Shown: positions 8,006 to 18,817, counted from the first letter of the stretch. The stretch is DNA of 60,898 nucleotides from Candidatus Amphrikana amoebophyrae (GCA_030408475.1 JAUHQG010000042.1:1-60898), one strand, 5' to 3'. Numbers and translations: made by a program. The notes: generated by a model not told the origin, from the letters alone.

Positions 8006-11000
8006 TTGACAAGGAAAAATCTTGTAGAAAATAACCATCGTAGTGATCATGGAGAGATGATCAAAGAAGACATTTCAAGAAAAGCTAACCGCCTTTTGAT
8101 GGGAATTCTCATCATTTTTTTGCTTATAGGTGTGAAAATCCTCCTTCTCACCACTGTTCAACATTCCCACTTTGTTGAACAATCAAAAAAACCTCAATAC
8201 AAAACCATTATCGAAAAAGCTAATCGGGGCACTATCCGCGACCGCTATAACATCACACTCGCCTCTAATCACCTCCAATATAATGCCTCCATCATTTTTG
8301 ATGAAATTCGCACTTTGCCTAAAGTTAAATACAAAAAACAAAATGGTAAAAAAACAAAAATTTATGTTCGAAAACGCTATATCGAAAATCTCTCAAAATT
8401 ATTGGGCAAAAAACTACATGTTGACCCCCTCTTTGTTGAAGATACCATCTATGCTAAAGCTTCTATCTTCCCCAATACCCCTTTCGTTTTAAAAGAAGGC
8501 ATCAGCGAAAAACTCTATTATGAATTGCGCTCACTTGAAAGAAATTGGCCCGGTCTTAAGGCTCAAATTAGCTCCCATAGAAATTACCCATTAGGAAAAG
8601 TGGGATGCAATATCTTAGGCTATATGGGCGCCATCAATAAATATGAACACGATCGCGTTTTCCACCAAATTGATAAACTCCAAGAGTTTATCACAGAGCG
8701 AGAAGAAGGATTACCCACCCCTCTCCCTTCAGGCTTTGATAATATTGAATCGGTATATCACAAACTTCACGAACTGAAAGAAAAATCGTATTCCATCAAT
8801 GCCAAAGTGGGCAAGTCTGGCATAGAAAAAACCTTTGATAACGACTTAAGAGGATTTTACGGTAAGAAAAAATTCGAAGTGAATACCAAAGGGCATATCA
8901 TTCGTGAACTTCCTGACTCTTTTAACTCCACTCCAGGAAGACGCTTTTTACTCAACATCTCAGCCGAGCTTCAAGAATTTGCCGAAAGGCTCCTCACCAC
9001 TAGTGAAGAAAAAAGAGAAAAACGATTTAGAATTGCCGGTAAACATCATAACTTAATTCACCCTCCATACATTAAAGGAGGCTCCATTGTCGCAATGGTC
9101 CCTAAAACAGGTGAAATTGTCGCCATGGCTTCATATCCCCGATTTGACCCATCTGATTTTGTCTATTCCGGTGACGAAGATATTAAGCTCGAAAAACAGA
9201 TGCAAATTAATAAATGGCTCGAAACCCCTACATATATCAGTTATATCTGGGATGGTAAAAAACCATTAGAACGTGAATACTTCTCCTTAGCAAAAGGGGG
9301 ATATTGGACCCAATCTCAATGGCTCACTTTAGAAACTTACCTCGATATGATCCTCTCTAAAGAATCGACAGTTAAAGTGGCTATCGAACAAGTAAAATCA
9401 CTCAGCGATGCTATTTTAATTGAAAACGATTGCTCTGAATTAATTCAACTCACTGATGACTCCGAGCTATTCACTTTAATTAATTTACTCTATCCTGCGC
9501 ATAAAAGCCATCTCCAATCAGACCTACTTACTATTCAATATACTCAAGATAAGCTTAATGGTTCTCCGCAAAAAGTAGCCCTTATTAAGAGTAGATTAGA
9601 CCCCTACCTTTCTCAAATTGAACATAATGATGACAAACTTCTATTTTTAGACCTTATCCACTTACTAGCCCCAACTGAACTTAAAAATTTACCTCACGAA
9701 ATTCTAGCTCAATATACCCTTTCTGAATATCGTGAGCTCACTCAAAGTTTTTCACAAATTGAAAACCATCTAAAGGCCAAAATAGCTAAACACTTTCATT
9801 CCACAATCTTTTTAGACTGGAGAAATAGTGAATTTAAAGACTATTTGAAATCTAAACGGCAAGAAGAAAAAGAGGCTAAAAAGTATCAAAAACCTTACAT
9901 CGAATATTTAGAGAAAAAAGAAAAAGAGCTCTTTTCTTCCTTTTATCAAGAGCATAAATGGACTTTCACATCTCTTTTCTTATCTATAAATCAACAACTT
10001 GATAATTCAATACTATCATTTGCTCCCATCTGTAGAAAAGCCGGTATGGAAGCTTACTCTCAAATTCGTGGCATATCTAATTTAAGAAGCGCTTTACACA
10101 AATTAAGCTCTGAGCACTCCCTTTTACTTTGCCGCTCATTTAAAAAAATGAGCGACCTATCAATCCCTCTATTTGGGCACTACCACTTAAGAAATTCTAA
10201 AAGAAAGGATCAAACTCAAAAGCAACTCGCCATGCATTTTTATCCCATTACCGGTTTTGGCTACTCAAGATCATATGCATTTCAAGAAGCCGCCCCTTTA
10301 GGATCAATCTTTAAAATTGTCACTGCTTTTGAAGCAACGAACCAAAAATTCTCTCCTAATACACCGAACAACCTTAATCCTCTCACTATTATCGATTGCT
10401 CTAACCCAAAAACTAAAGAAAGAAGCAAACAAATTCTAGGTTACCACACTGATGGAAAAAAAATTACTCGGCGTTATAAAGGGGGTAGACTTCCTGCAAG
10501 TTATAAAAAAGCAGGGAAAATTGATCTGCTTAAAGCGTTTGAACTCTCCAGTAATATCTATTTCTCTCTCTTAGCTTCTGACAAAATGAATAAACCCACT
10601 GACTTAACTAATATATCTTCAAAAATGAACTTTGGAAAAAAAACAGGCATCGATCTGCCAGGTGAAATTCGAGGCATCTTGCCAACCGATATTATAGATA
10701 ACCAAACAGGTCTTTACGCTTTTGCCATAGGTCAACATAGCCTCGTGGTCTCCCCTCTTCAAACCGCTGTCATGATGAGCTCAATTGCTAATAGTGGACA
10801 AGTTCTCAAACCACAAATTGTAAAGCTTACTGCTAGTATTGAAAATTCAAATTCACGCAACCTTTCTCATAAAAAGTACCCTTTTAAAGAATATATCAAC
10901 TTAGTAGGTCTTGACTTCCCCTTCTTTTCTGAAACTGTTGAACAAGACAAAAAGAAATTAGCCAAAAAAGTAAAGCCACATATCCTTCATCAACTCACTT

Positions 11001-11419
11001 ATCCTCCTCAAGTTAAAAGCTACATCCTGAAAGGACTTCACAATGTCGTAAATGGAGAAAGAGGTTCAGCTCGTCCCAATGCTATTCATTCTCTATATGA
11101 ATCATATCAAGATAAAAAAAATTATGTGCAAATGAAGCAAAGTATGGTAGGCAAAACGGCTACTGCTGAAATCTTATACCGCCCTTGCCTAGATAGGCAA
11201 TTTAAACCCATCATTTGTAAACATATTTGGTTCAGTAGCGCAAGCTTCGAAACTGATAAAACCACAAATAAACCCAACTTCGAAGAACCTGAATTAGTTT
11301 GCATTGTCTATTTGCGATTTGGCGATTTTGGGAAGGAAGCAGCTCCAATTGCATCAAAAATAATTCAAAAATATAGAGAAATAACTAGACAGAAGAAAAA
11401 TAGTAGAGTACACTTTTGA
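8006..11419 (+). CDS. Chlamydia-type large penicillin-binding protein 2 (true start probably ATG 8057)
   Basis: N-terminal TM anchor, RGTIRDR, GKSGIE, transpeptidase motifs SIFK, SSN, KTA; about 1100 aa with a large insertion; GGAG precedes ATG 8057. Confidence 0.92.
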   Translation: MTRKNLVENNHRSDHGEMIKEDISRKANRLLMGILIIFLLIGVKILLLTTVQHSHFVEQSKKPQYKTIIEKANRGTIRDRYNITLASNHLQYNASIIFDEIRTLPKVKYKKQNGKKTKIYVRKRYIENLSKLLGKKLHVDPLFVEDTIYAKASIFPNTPFVLKEGISEKLYYELRSLERNWPGLKAQISSHRNYPLGKVGCNILGYMGAINKYEHDRVFHQIDKLQEFITEREEGLPTPLPSGFDNIESVYHKLHELKEKSYSINAKVGKSGIEKTFDNDLRGFYGKKKFEVNTKGHIIRELPDSFNSTPGRRFLLNISAELQEFAERLLTTSEEKREKRFRIAGKHHNLIHPPYIKGGSIVAMVPKTGEIVAMASYPRFDPSDFVYSGDEDIKLEKQMQINKWLETPTYISYIWDGKKPLEREYFSLAKGGYWTQSQWLTLETYLDMILSKESTVKVAIEQVKSLSDAILIENDCSELIQLTDDSELFTLINLLYPAHKSHLQSDLLTIQYTQDKLNGSPQKVALIKSRLDPYLSQIEHNDDKLLFLDLIHLLAPTELKNLPHEILAQYTLSEYRELTQSFSQIENHLKAKIAKHFHSTIFLDWRNSEFKDYLKSKRQEEKEAKKYQKPYIEYLEKKEKELFSSFYQEHKWTFTSLFLSINQQLDNSILSFAPICRKAGMEAYSQIRGISNLRSALHKLSSEHSLLLCRSFKKMSDLSIPLFGHYHLRNSKRKDQTQKQLAMHFYPITGFGYSRSYAFQEAAPLGSIFKIVTAFEATNQKFSPNTPNNLNPLTIIDCSNPKTKERSKQILGYHTDGKKITRRYKGGRLPASYKKAGKIDLLKAFELSSNIYFSLLASDKMNKPTDLTNISSKMNFGKKTGIDLPGEIRGILPTDIIDNQTGLYAFAIGQHSLVVSPLQTAVMMSSIANSGQVLKPQIVKLTASIENSNSRNLSHKKYPFKEYINLVGLDFPFFSETVEQDKKKLAKKVKPHILHQLTYPPQVKSYILKGLHNVVNGERGSARPNAIHSLYESYQDKKNYVQMKQSMVGKTATAEILYRPCLDRQFKPIICKHIWFSSASFETDKTTNKPNFEEPELVCIVYLRFGDFGKEAAPIASKIIQKYREITRQKKNSRVHF

Positions 11420-11447
11420 CCCTACTTCAGGAAATATTAGTAGAGAT

Positions 11448-12656
11448 ATGAGAAAACGACTGCTTCTTGCGCTCCTAGTTTTGATATTACCGTTACTTTT
11501 TATCGGATTTAATGGAGCATCCAAAGTAAAACGCTTTTTATACAATCATTCCACAAACATACTTGACATTCCTGTCTCAGAAGCTGATCTCTCACGCCTG
11601 CTCAAAAAAGCCCCTCCACCATGGATGCAATCTAGAATTGAAAAGGATCTTGCTAAATATCACGTCACTCCTATCACACGAAAAAAACTCGATTCGGTCT
11701 ATCACAAATATTGTCATAATAAAATTGCTCGCTTTCAAATCCGAAGTCAAAAGCTCACTTATCAAACAACTTGCAAAGAACATGTTCGCTTTAAATCTGT
11801 CAAACATGGTTTAAAACAACTTTGCCAAATATATCCAAAACTCAATGTCGACTTCATTGTCTCGTTTGAAGACGATATGAAAAATGTTCAAGAACCTATT
11901 TTTGTCTTTGCCAAAAACAAACACAATCATAACCTGATTCTCTTCCCCGATTTCACTTGCTATGCTAAAGAAACGACCACTTATGCTTGGAGCTATAGCT
12001 TAAGACCCAAAATAATAAAAGCATCTAATTCCATACCCTGGAGTCGAAAAAAAGAGCTTGGATTTTGGCGAGGCGGAACAACCGGAATGGATCTAACAGA
12101 TAAAAATTGGGAATCCTCAAATAGATGCAAAGTGTGTACAATATCTAGATTCCACCCTAAAATCATCGATGCTAAATTTACAAGCTTCACCCAAATTCCC
12201 GCTTCTAAACGAAAAAACTTCTACTCTCATTATAATATTAGCCCTTTTGTTACTCCTGAAGAGCACCTCCAATATAAATACCTAATCTCTTTAGATGGCA
12301 ACACTTGCACATATCCCGGACTTCAATGGAGACTACAATCCAATAGTCTTGTATTCAAACCTAAATCAAATGAAATTCAATGGTATTATGAAGGACTTGT
12401 CCCCAATTACCACTATTTAGCATTAGAGAGTGATTGCTCTAACCTCATATCAAAACTCAATTGGGCAAGGCAACATGATAATTTAGCTCATAAGATAGCT
12501 CGCCAATCAACTCAATTTGCCAATGAAAACCTTAACCAACTCGCAATCTATCACTACTTAGCTCTCCTTTTAAGAGAATACGAAAGAGTTCAAGTGACTC
12601 ATGATTTAGCCGTAGACTCAGATATAGACGAATATACTCCCTTTTGCCGCTATTAA
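11448..12656 (+). CDS. Glycosyltransferase family 90 (CAP10/POGLUT-like)
   Basis: N-terminal TM; ILFPDF, PWSRKKELGFWRGGTTG, YKYLISLDGN, WYYEGLVPNYHY. Confidence 0.85.
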   Translation: MRKRLLLALLVLILPLLFIGFNGASKVKRFLYNHSTNILDIPVSEADLSRLLKKAPPPWMQSRIEKDLAKYHVTPITRKKLDSVYHKYCHNKIARFQIRSQKLTYQTTCKEHVRFKSVKHGLKQLCQIYPKLNVDFIVSFEDDMKNVQEPIFVFAKNKHNHNLILFPDFTCYAKETTTYAWSYSLRPKIIKASNSIPWSRKKELGFWRGGTTGMDLTDKNWESSNRCKVCTISRFHPKIIDAKFTSFTQIPASKRKNFYSHYNISPFVTPEEHLQYKYLISLDGNTCTYPGLQWRLQSNSLVFKPKSNEIQWYYEGLVPNYHYLALESDCSNLISKLNWARQHDNLAHKIARQSTQFANENLNQLAIYHYLALLLREYERVQVTHDLAVDSDIDEYTPFCRY

Positions 12657-14363
12657 TGGCCTTAAATCAGCGCTAGTTTCATTAGTCACCACATATATCA
12701 CCTTGTCAAACATATTGGGCGCAAATCGAGCGCAATCATCTTTAGCGCTCAAGTTATAGCCGTAGATAGTTCGATCAAAACCTTTTTTCCTCTTCACTTT
12801 TGACAATCGATCACTTTCTATAACTTCTATCTCTTCATCAGGAAAATATGATGCTATTTGGGTGGAAACATCTAAATCATTTGAATGAAAAATAGCTATC
12901 ATCTTCCCTTCCTCTATAGCTAACGCAATGTTGGGAACTAACTTTGGAAAGCAAATAGCTCCACTCTCTTTTAGAGTTTGATAGCTGATGGGAAATCCTT
13001 TTATAAACTGAATAAAAATTAGTACCATCGCGACTAAAAAAGTGATGGAGGATGAAAACAAAAGTGACTTAGTCAAGATTGAAAAAGAATAGCGTTTCAT
13101 GTTAGAAAAACCCCACTCCATCGGTCTTGCATCAATATGCTTGAGATGTTGCTTGATAGTAGTAGACTCCACCAATTGACTTAACGCCTCTAAAGTAGAG
13201 CTGTTTAAATCTGATTTTATTTGAAGTAACGATTCACTCATCCACTGCTCAGGCAACTTCGCTCGTTCCATAGAAATTTCATCTAATTTCCCTGACAAAA
13301 ACTGCCTCTCTTTGTAGAGCATCCCTAGTTCATCTTCTTTCACTTGAGTTAGCAAAGGAGCATTTTTATTAAGTTTATATTCGCTATACACTTCTATTTG
13401 ATCATCAATTATTTTTAGCTTATCTTTTAAAGTTTTCTCAAGTTCACCTTTTTGAGCCAACCAATCATTTGTTGTCATCACACCATGACTTTGAATATTT
13501 TTTTCAAATTGACCCACATGCTCTCTCATCGCCATATTATATTGTGAAAAAAGCTCAAGCTGCCTTTTTGATAAATGATCCACTTGAGTGGCTACTTTTT
13601 CTTTCAGATCTTTGGTAAGAAGTGCTTGATATTCTCTCATTAGGCAATCTAAACTATTTTTTGCAATAACAGGAGTTAGATGAGAAAATGTGAGTAAAAT
13701 CACGTTAGGATCCACTTCACTTTTATCAATATTAAGTCTCTTTTTCATTTTAACAACAGTAGAATCTAAACTGTTAACTTTTAGATTTAGCTTTAATCCC
13801 TTTGGCAAAGTAGAGCAAACATCAAATGAGATAGAAGAAGTGCTGCAGTGACCTGGTATAACAAATTCTTTTTTTTCACCAGCCATACACATTTCTAAAA
13901 GATTCGGCTCTCTTACTAAAAATTGAAGCTCGTCCTCTAACTGGCGATCGGCTTTTAAATTAGAGATCGACTCTAAAACTTTTTGTTGTTGTTTCTCTTT
14001 TTTCCCACCAAGTTGTCTTAGGAAATTAGCCCCTTTACCCTTTCCCCACGAAAGCCTTAAAGCTTGCTTTTCTATCACCTTTTCCAATAAAGGGTATGAA
14101 CTCATCCACATAATAGCTCTCCCTTTTTGATGATTTGAAGAAGGCGCTTTCATCATCTTTTCCAAAAATTTCAATTGATCTTCTGAAGAATCAATAGCCC
14201 CATCTTGGAAAGTTGAATTTGCTATATATTTAGGCGAAGTAAAAAATAAAAAAAAGAGAAACGAGCCTATAAATGCCGCTATAAATAAAGTGACAAAAAT
14301 ATTTTGCTTTCTCTTCCAAAAGTAGATAAAATCATTAAGGGTTAAATAAATTTCACTTCTCAT
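12618..14363 (-). CDS. Polysaccharide co-polymerase (Wzc/GumC-like) with degenerate C-terminus
   Basis: TM-P.Y.A..coiled-coil periplasmic region-TM topology; overlaps the stop of the wza-like gene; no Walker A motif seen. Confidence 0.7.
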   Translation of the reverse strand: MRSEIYLTLNDFIYFWKRKQNIFVTLFIAAFIGSFLFFLFFTSPKYIANSTFQDGAIDSSEDQLKFLEKMMKAPSSNHQKGRAIMWMSSYPLLEKVIEKQALRLSWGKGKGANFLRQLGGKKEKQQQKVLESISNLKADRQLEDELQFLVREPNLLEMCMAGEKKEFVIPGHCSTSSISFDVCSTLPKGLKLNLKVNSLDSTVVKMKKRLNIDKSEVDPNVILLTFSHLTPVIAKNSLDCLMREYQALLTKDLKEKVATQVDHLSKRQLELFSQYNMAMREHVGQFEKNIQSHGVMTTNDWLAQKGELEKTLKDKLKIIDDQIEVYSEYKLNKNAPLLTQVKEDELGMLYKERQFLSGKLDEISMERAKLPEQWMSESLLQIKSDLNSSTLEALSQLVESTTIKQHLKHIDARPMEWGFSNMKRYSFSILTKSLLFSSSITFLVAMVLIFIQFIKGFPISYQTLKESGAICFPKLVPNIALAIEEGKMIAIFHSNDLDVSTQIASYFPDEEIEVIESDRLSKVKRKKGFDRTIYGYNLSAKDDCARFAPNMFDKVIYVVTNETSADLRPLIAAKGSIFVYI

Positions 14364-15400
14364 TGGATAATAACTCCTGATATTCCTTTACGGAAGAATT
14401 CATAAGCAGTAAAGCTTGGGAAAAGTTGATTCACAAAGCGATTCCATTGCGTAATAGGAGTGGCGGCAACATAGACAATATCTCCTGGGATTAAGAGCAT
14501 ATTATTGGTTGGTAAATGAATAATATGATTCCAAGTAAGCGTGTAAATTTTAGGCTTAATTAAATTGCCCCTAATCACCTGAATAAACGCTCTATCACCC
14601 GTAACCAGTATACCTCCTGCTTTAGCTAAAGCTTCTCTAAGAGGAACAGTGCCGGTGCTAATAGGAAAGGCACCTTCAGTTTTCACTTCTCCCATAACAT
14701 AGAAATTAGAACTTTCTGCCCCTGCAATATAAACTTTATCTTTGGCTCTCATGACAACGTTTTGACTCATATCACCGTTTTGAATAAGCTTGACAAAATC
14801 AACGGGCAAAAGCTTATCATTTCGCACTAAATAACTCTTAAATAAGTTGGCATTAGTTGGTACTTTTGCTTTTGAGAGCAGATCAAAAAGGCGCATTTTC
14901 CCATTGACAGGAAGCGATGTGATCTGAGTTTGTCCTGCAATTTCTACTCGCTTTTCAAGGCGCTCTTTATATGACAAGAAAACTTCGACATCGTGAATTT
15001 GCTCTTTAAATTTTTGCTCCACTAAAGATTGTACCTGATTTAAGGTGAGATTTTGAACAACGACAGAGCCAATTAAAGGCAAAGTGAGTTGACCATTTTC
15101 TACTGTAAAGCCAGAGTCAAAAAAAGAGGCAATTTTACTGAGTTCATTTTGTTTAGTAGGATGAAAAAGCCTAATAGCAATCACATCTCCATTGTCAACA
15201 ATATCGACAACTTCATCTAATAAATCCGGTGACAAAGGTTCAAATAAACCCCCTTCAAAATTAAGTTGAGACACCTTACCGAGTTGAATCTGATATGAGT
15301 CCATGACAAAGTCTTGAGCTCCCAAAGCATCTTTTCCAAGATATGGGCGATTAGCGCAACCTGCCAAAATGAGTAATAGTAATAAAGTATATGATCGCAT
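14360..15400 (-). CDS. wza: Polysaccharide export outer-membrane lipoprotein (Wza/OPX)
   Basis: Lipobox LAGC; GQLTLPLIGSV..NLTL export motif; SLBB domains; GDIVYVAATPITQWNRFVNQLFP. Confidence 0.88.
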   Translation of the reverse strand: MRSYTLLLLLILAGCANRPYLGKDALGAQDFVMDSYQIQLGKVSQLNFEGGLFEPLSPDLLDEVVDIVDNGDVIAIRLFHPTKQNELSKIASFFDSGFTVENGQLTLPLIGSVVVQNLTLNQVQSLVEQKFKEQIHDVEVFLSYKERLEKRVEIAGQTQITSLPVNGKMRLFDLLSKAKVPTNANLFKSYLVRNDKLLPVDFVKLIQNGDMSQNVVMRAKDKVYIAGAESSNFYVMGEVKTEGAFPISTGTVPLREALAKAGGILVTGDRAFIQVIRGNLIKPKIYTLTWNHIIHLPTNNMLLIPGDIVYVAATPITQWNRFVNQLFPSFTAYEFFRKGISGVIIQ

Positions 15401-15440
15401 AAAATAGTCGTTATTAGTTTAGTAAGAACATAGTACCGAT

Positions 15441-16403
15441 ATGAGCACTCAGAATCAAACAATTTATGTAACTGGAATAGCAGGATTTATAGGATTTCAC
15501 CTAGCATGTAGACTTCACTCTATGGGTTATAGTGTTGTTGGCTGTGATACTTTTAATGACGCTTATCCACCGAAAATAAAACACGATCGGGCAAAAATTT
15601 TACGTCATAAAAGAATAGAAATCTACCAAGCGTCTATTTCGAACAGATTAGAGCAAGATAAAATCTTTCAAAAACATAAGCCAGATATCGTCATTAATTT
15701 AGCAGCGCAAGCAGGGGTTAGGGCTTCATTAGCCAAGCCTGAAGTGTTTGTTGAAAGCAATTTAGTTGGATTTGTTGAGCTTTGTGAGCTGATGCGCAAG
15801 TATCCCCCTAAAAAGTTTATCTACGCCTCATCTTCTTCTGTTTATGGCGATAATACTAAATTCCCCTTAGCAGAGAGCGACAAAGCCGATCATCCTGTTT
15901 CACTCTATGGTGCCACTAAAAAAGCGAATGAAGTGATTGCCTATTCATATCACTCAATGTTTAAAGTTCCCACGATTGGATTACGCTTTTTTACATGCTA
16001 TGGCCCCTATGGCAGACCTGACATGGCGATATATATCTTTGTAAAAAACATACTAGAAGGCAAGCCAATCACTGTTTTTAATGAAGGAAAAATGGAGCGT
16101 GACTTTACCTATGTGGATGACATTGTATCGGGAATAGTTGCTTCAATTTCATATGAAACCAACTTTGAGATCTTTAACTTAGGTAAAGGTCAAACTGATG
16201 ATCTCAATACACTCATTGATATTATTGAGACGCGATTAAAGAAAAAAGCGATCATTGATTATCAGCCTAGGCCAGCAGTAGATATGCCGATGAACATAGC
16301 TGATATAGAAAAGAGTTCTGAAAAACTAGGCTTCACTCCCAAAACGCCACTAAAAGAAGGGGTGAATAAATTTATCGACTGGTATTTAGAGTATTCTAAA
16401 TAA
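15441..16403 (+). CDS. NAD-dependent epimerase, UDP-glucuronate 4-epimerase-like
   Basis: TGIAGFIG, NLAAQAGVR, YASSSSVYG, SLYGATKKANE, YGPYGRPDMA. Confidence 0.9.
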   Translation: MSTQNQTIYVTGIAGFIGFHLACRLHSMGYSVVGCDTFNDAYPPKIKHDRAKILRHKRIEIYQASISNRLEQDKIFQKHKPDIVINLAAQAGVRASLAKPEVFVESNLVGFVELCELMRKYPPKKFIYASSSSVYGDNTKFPLAESDKADHPVSLYGATKKANEVIAYSYHSMFKVPTIGLRFFTCYGPYGRPDMAIYIFVKNILEGKPITVFNEGKMERDFTYVDDIVSGIVASISYETNFEIFNLGKGQTDDLNTLIDIIETRLKKKAIIDYQPRPAVDMPMNIADIEKSSEKLGFTPKTPLKEGVNKFIDWYLEYSK

Positions 16404-16417
16404 GATCATTGTTTTAT

Positions 16418-16954
16418 TCAATATTGATGACCCCAACTCCCATCACTCCTTGGCCATGGATCCCATAATTCCCCGTGATTGGTTTCTATACCCACAACTT
16501 GATGACTCTTAGGATTTATCTGATATTGTATAGGGCTCTTGGTATTATATGGATAATATGCAACATGTCTAGAAGTGTCACTTTTCTTGTAGCTTATACT
16601 GGATTCAAAATCAAGATCCTCATGTGCTAAATATAAAAAAGCGTGTCCCAAACATATTGCAGCCACTTTTGCAATGGTATATATTAATGTAACAGCCGCC
16701 AGTGGCAGTGATCCTAGGGCCATAATACTATTTTTAAAAACTGTGCGCACTAGTGGATCACTCGATTTGGATTGCATAGCACAAGCTAAATCACTTAATT
16801 GTTTAAATATAAATCCAAACGAATTGGATAAAGATTGTGTAATGGATAAATCAGAATTTGCTCCCTCTTCAAAAAAATCATTCGCTTGGCGAACCCCAAA
16901 ATTATCAACTCGATCCCAAAATTGATTAGCCGCTGAAATAGTCCCTTTTGACAT
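16418..16954 (-). CDS. Orphan protein with a long hydrophobic segment (Inc/effector-like)
   Basis: 178 aa; about 35-aa hydrophobic stretch; GGGGGG RBS. Confidence 0.65.
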   Translation of the reverse strand: MSKGTISAANQFWDRVDNFGVRQANDFFEEGANSDLSITQSLSNSFGFIFKQLSDLACAMQSKSSDPLVRTVFKNSIMALGSLPLAAVTLIYTIAKVAAICLGHAFLYLAHEDLDFESSISYKKSDTSRHVAYYPYNTKSPIQYQINPKSHQVVGIETNHGELWDPWPRSDGSWGHQY

Positions 16955-17046
16955 AACATTCCCCCCTACAGTACTTGCTATAATTATATTATAACAAATA
17001 TTTGAATAAATTTCAAGAGTTCGATGATTTACCTAAGTTATTAATA

Positions 17047-18570
17047 CTAAGTGTTATGCGAAGGACCTAACAGGTGAAAAATCGCCTCATGAAGATATTC
17101 AATCAAATCTGATGCAATGACCGAAAATACCGTTTTCTCACCAGAAGCTATTTCCCCCGATAATCCATGAATAGTCGTACCTAAGGCTGAAGCCATATAA
17201 GGCTCAATCCCTTGAGCTAAAAGGGCAGCAATAACCCCTGTTAAAACATCGCCTGATCCAGCTGTGGCCATTGCAGGATCACCACTGACGACAATGGAAG
17301 GCTTCTCATGAGGGCGAAATATCACTGTTGGAGCCCCTTTTAAGACCAAAACAACCCGATTTTTTTCCACATACTCTTGAATTTGTGCAAATAGTTTTAA
17401 ATCTTCAATCTTTTGCTCTATCCCTAGCAGATACATACACTCTTTTCGATGAGGAGTAAGCACCAGTGGATGGTCAAATTGAGATAAATCTCTATCTCTA
17501 AGGTGAAAAATAGCATCTGCATCCAGCACAATGGGCTTAGCAAAATTTTGTAAAATATAGTCTAAAAGCTTTCTTGCTTCTATCTCTCTTCCAAGTCCTG
17601 GCCCTATATATAAAGACTTGGCGCGAGATAATTCTGAATTTAAAGAAGCAAAATTATCAGTCATCCATTCTGAATGGATCACTTCAGGCGCTAAATGATA
17701 TAAATGAGTGTTTTTAGGAGTGTAAAGCCTTACTATTCCGGCGCCAGCTCTTAAGGCCGCTAAAGTAGAGAGTGATGCAGCTCCTGGCATTGAAGGTGAT
17801 CCTGCAAAAGCGAGCACATAGCCTGCTTCATACTTATGCCTTGTGCGTTTATATTTAGGTAACTCATAAGCAAATGTGTGGTGATCCACTAGATAAGCCA
17901 TAGATTCCATACTATCAACATATGATCGATCGAGTCCAAAATCGAGCTGATGTAAAGCTCCAACGCGATCAAAGCCTTGATTAATAAAAAAACCAATTTT
18001 AGGCTGCCCTAAATAACCTGTAACCGATGCGTGAATAGCTTCCCCTTCAACTCTACCATTATCACCGTTCACCCCAGCAGGGATATCGATTGATAAGACA
18101 ACAACATGAGACTGGTTTACTTTACGAATAACTTCGGCATATAAACCCTCAAGTTTACCACTAAAGCCAGTGCCAACAAGGCCATCTATAACAAGTTCAG
18201 TAGGATGAAAAACCAGCTCATCTGCAGAAGTAATTTGAATGATTTCAGCGCCATGCTTAATACATTTTTTTTTGTGGTATAAATTGAGCTCACTTACCTC
18301 TTTATCATCAAAAAGATGATAAATGCGCACATCGTATTTTTCTTTAAGTAAAATAGTGCCTGCCGTGTAAGCATCGCCTCCATTATTACCTTTACCAATG
18401 AGTAAAACAACTCGTTTATCAAGTTCTTTTTGTTCAATGGTTTCTTCAATAAGGTGAAAAAGAGCTCGACCGGCCGCTTTCATATATTCAGCGCCATTAG
18501 CGCCATCTGATACACTTTGAGCTTCTGCTTGCGCCATTTGGGCGGCGCTGACCACTTTAATTTGTTCCAT
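17047..18570 (-). CDS. nnr: Bifunctional NAD(P)HX epimerase/dehydratase
   Basis: GKGNNGGD, DGLVGTG, DIPAG, IGPGLG, VLDADA, LTPH, ATAGSGDVLTG; ATG 18570 preferred over TTG 18588. Confidence 0.93.
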   Translation of the reverse strand: MEQIKVVSAAQMAQAEAQSVSDGANGAEYMKAAGRALFHLIEETIEQKELDKRVVLLIGKGNNGGDAYTAGTILLKEKYDVRIYHLFDDKEVSELNLYHKKKCIKHGAEIIQITSADELVFHPTELVIDGLVGTGFSGKLEGLYAEVIRKVNQSHVVVLSIDIPAGVNGDNGRVEGEAIHASVTGYLGQPKIGFFINQGFDRVGALHQLDFGLDRSYVDSMESMAYLVDHHTFAYELPKYKRTRHKYEAGYVLAFAGSPSMPGAASLSTLAALRAGAGIVRLYTPKNTHLYHLAPEVIHSEWMTDNFASLNSELSRAKSLYIGPGLGREIEARKLLDYILQNFAKPIVLDADAIFHLRDRDLSQFDHPLVLTPHRKECMYLLGIEQKIEDLKLFAQIQEYVEKNRVVLVLKGAPTVIFRPHEKPSIVVSGDPAMATAGSGDVLTGVIAALLAQGIEPYMASALGTTIHGLSGEIASGEKTVFSVIASDLIEYLHEAIFHLLGPSHNT

Positions 18571-18635
18571 GCTCTCAAATAATAGCAAGAATCAAAACTT
18601 GGGTCAACATTAAGATAACCAATGGGGAAGCCCCC

Positions 18636-18799
18636 CTTACAAAACAAATGTATTTACAAAATAGAGTTTTTCTAAACTTTCATCTTGGATGAGATTGCTT
18701 TTCACTTGAGAAAAGCAAGGTCGCCAAGAGGATGTTTAGAACGAGCATCGAGTTTTTGTTGCGCTTTTTGGTAAATCATAAATTAGATGTTTTTGCAAG
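18636..18799. repeat. About 164-nt imperfect intergenic hairpin
   Basis: Nested arms TTCTAAAC/GTTTAGAA, TCTTGG/CCAAGA, TTGCTTTTC/GAAAAGCAA; weaker outer arms CTTACAAAA/TTTTGCAAG. Confidence 0.65.
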
Positions 18800-18817
18800 T
18801 ATCTAATAATAAGCAAC

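Noticed and set aside
8006-11419. Very large PBP2 with KTA instead of KTG as a novelty
   Set aside because: Large insertions and a non-KTG third motif are typical of chlamydial PBP2.
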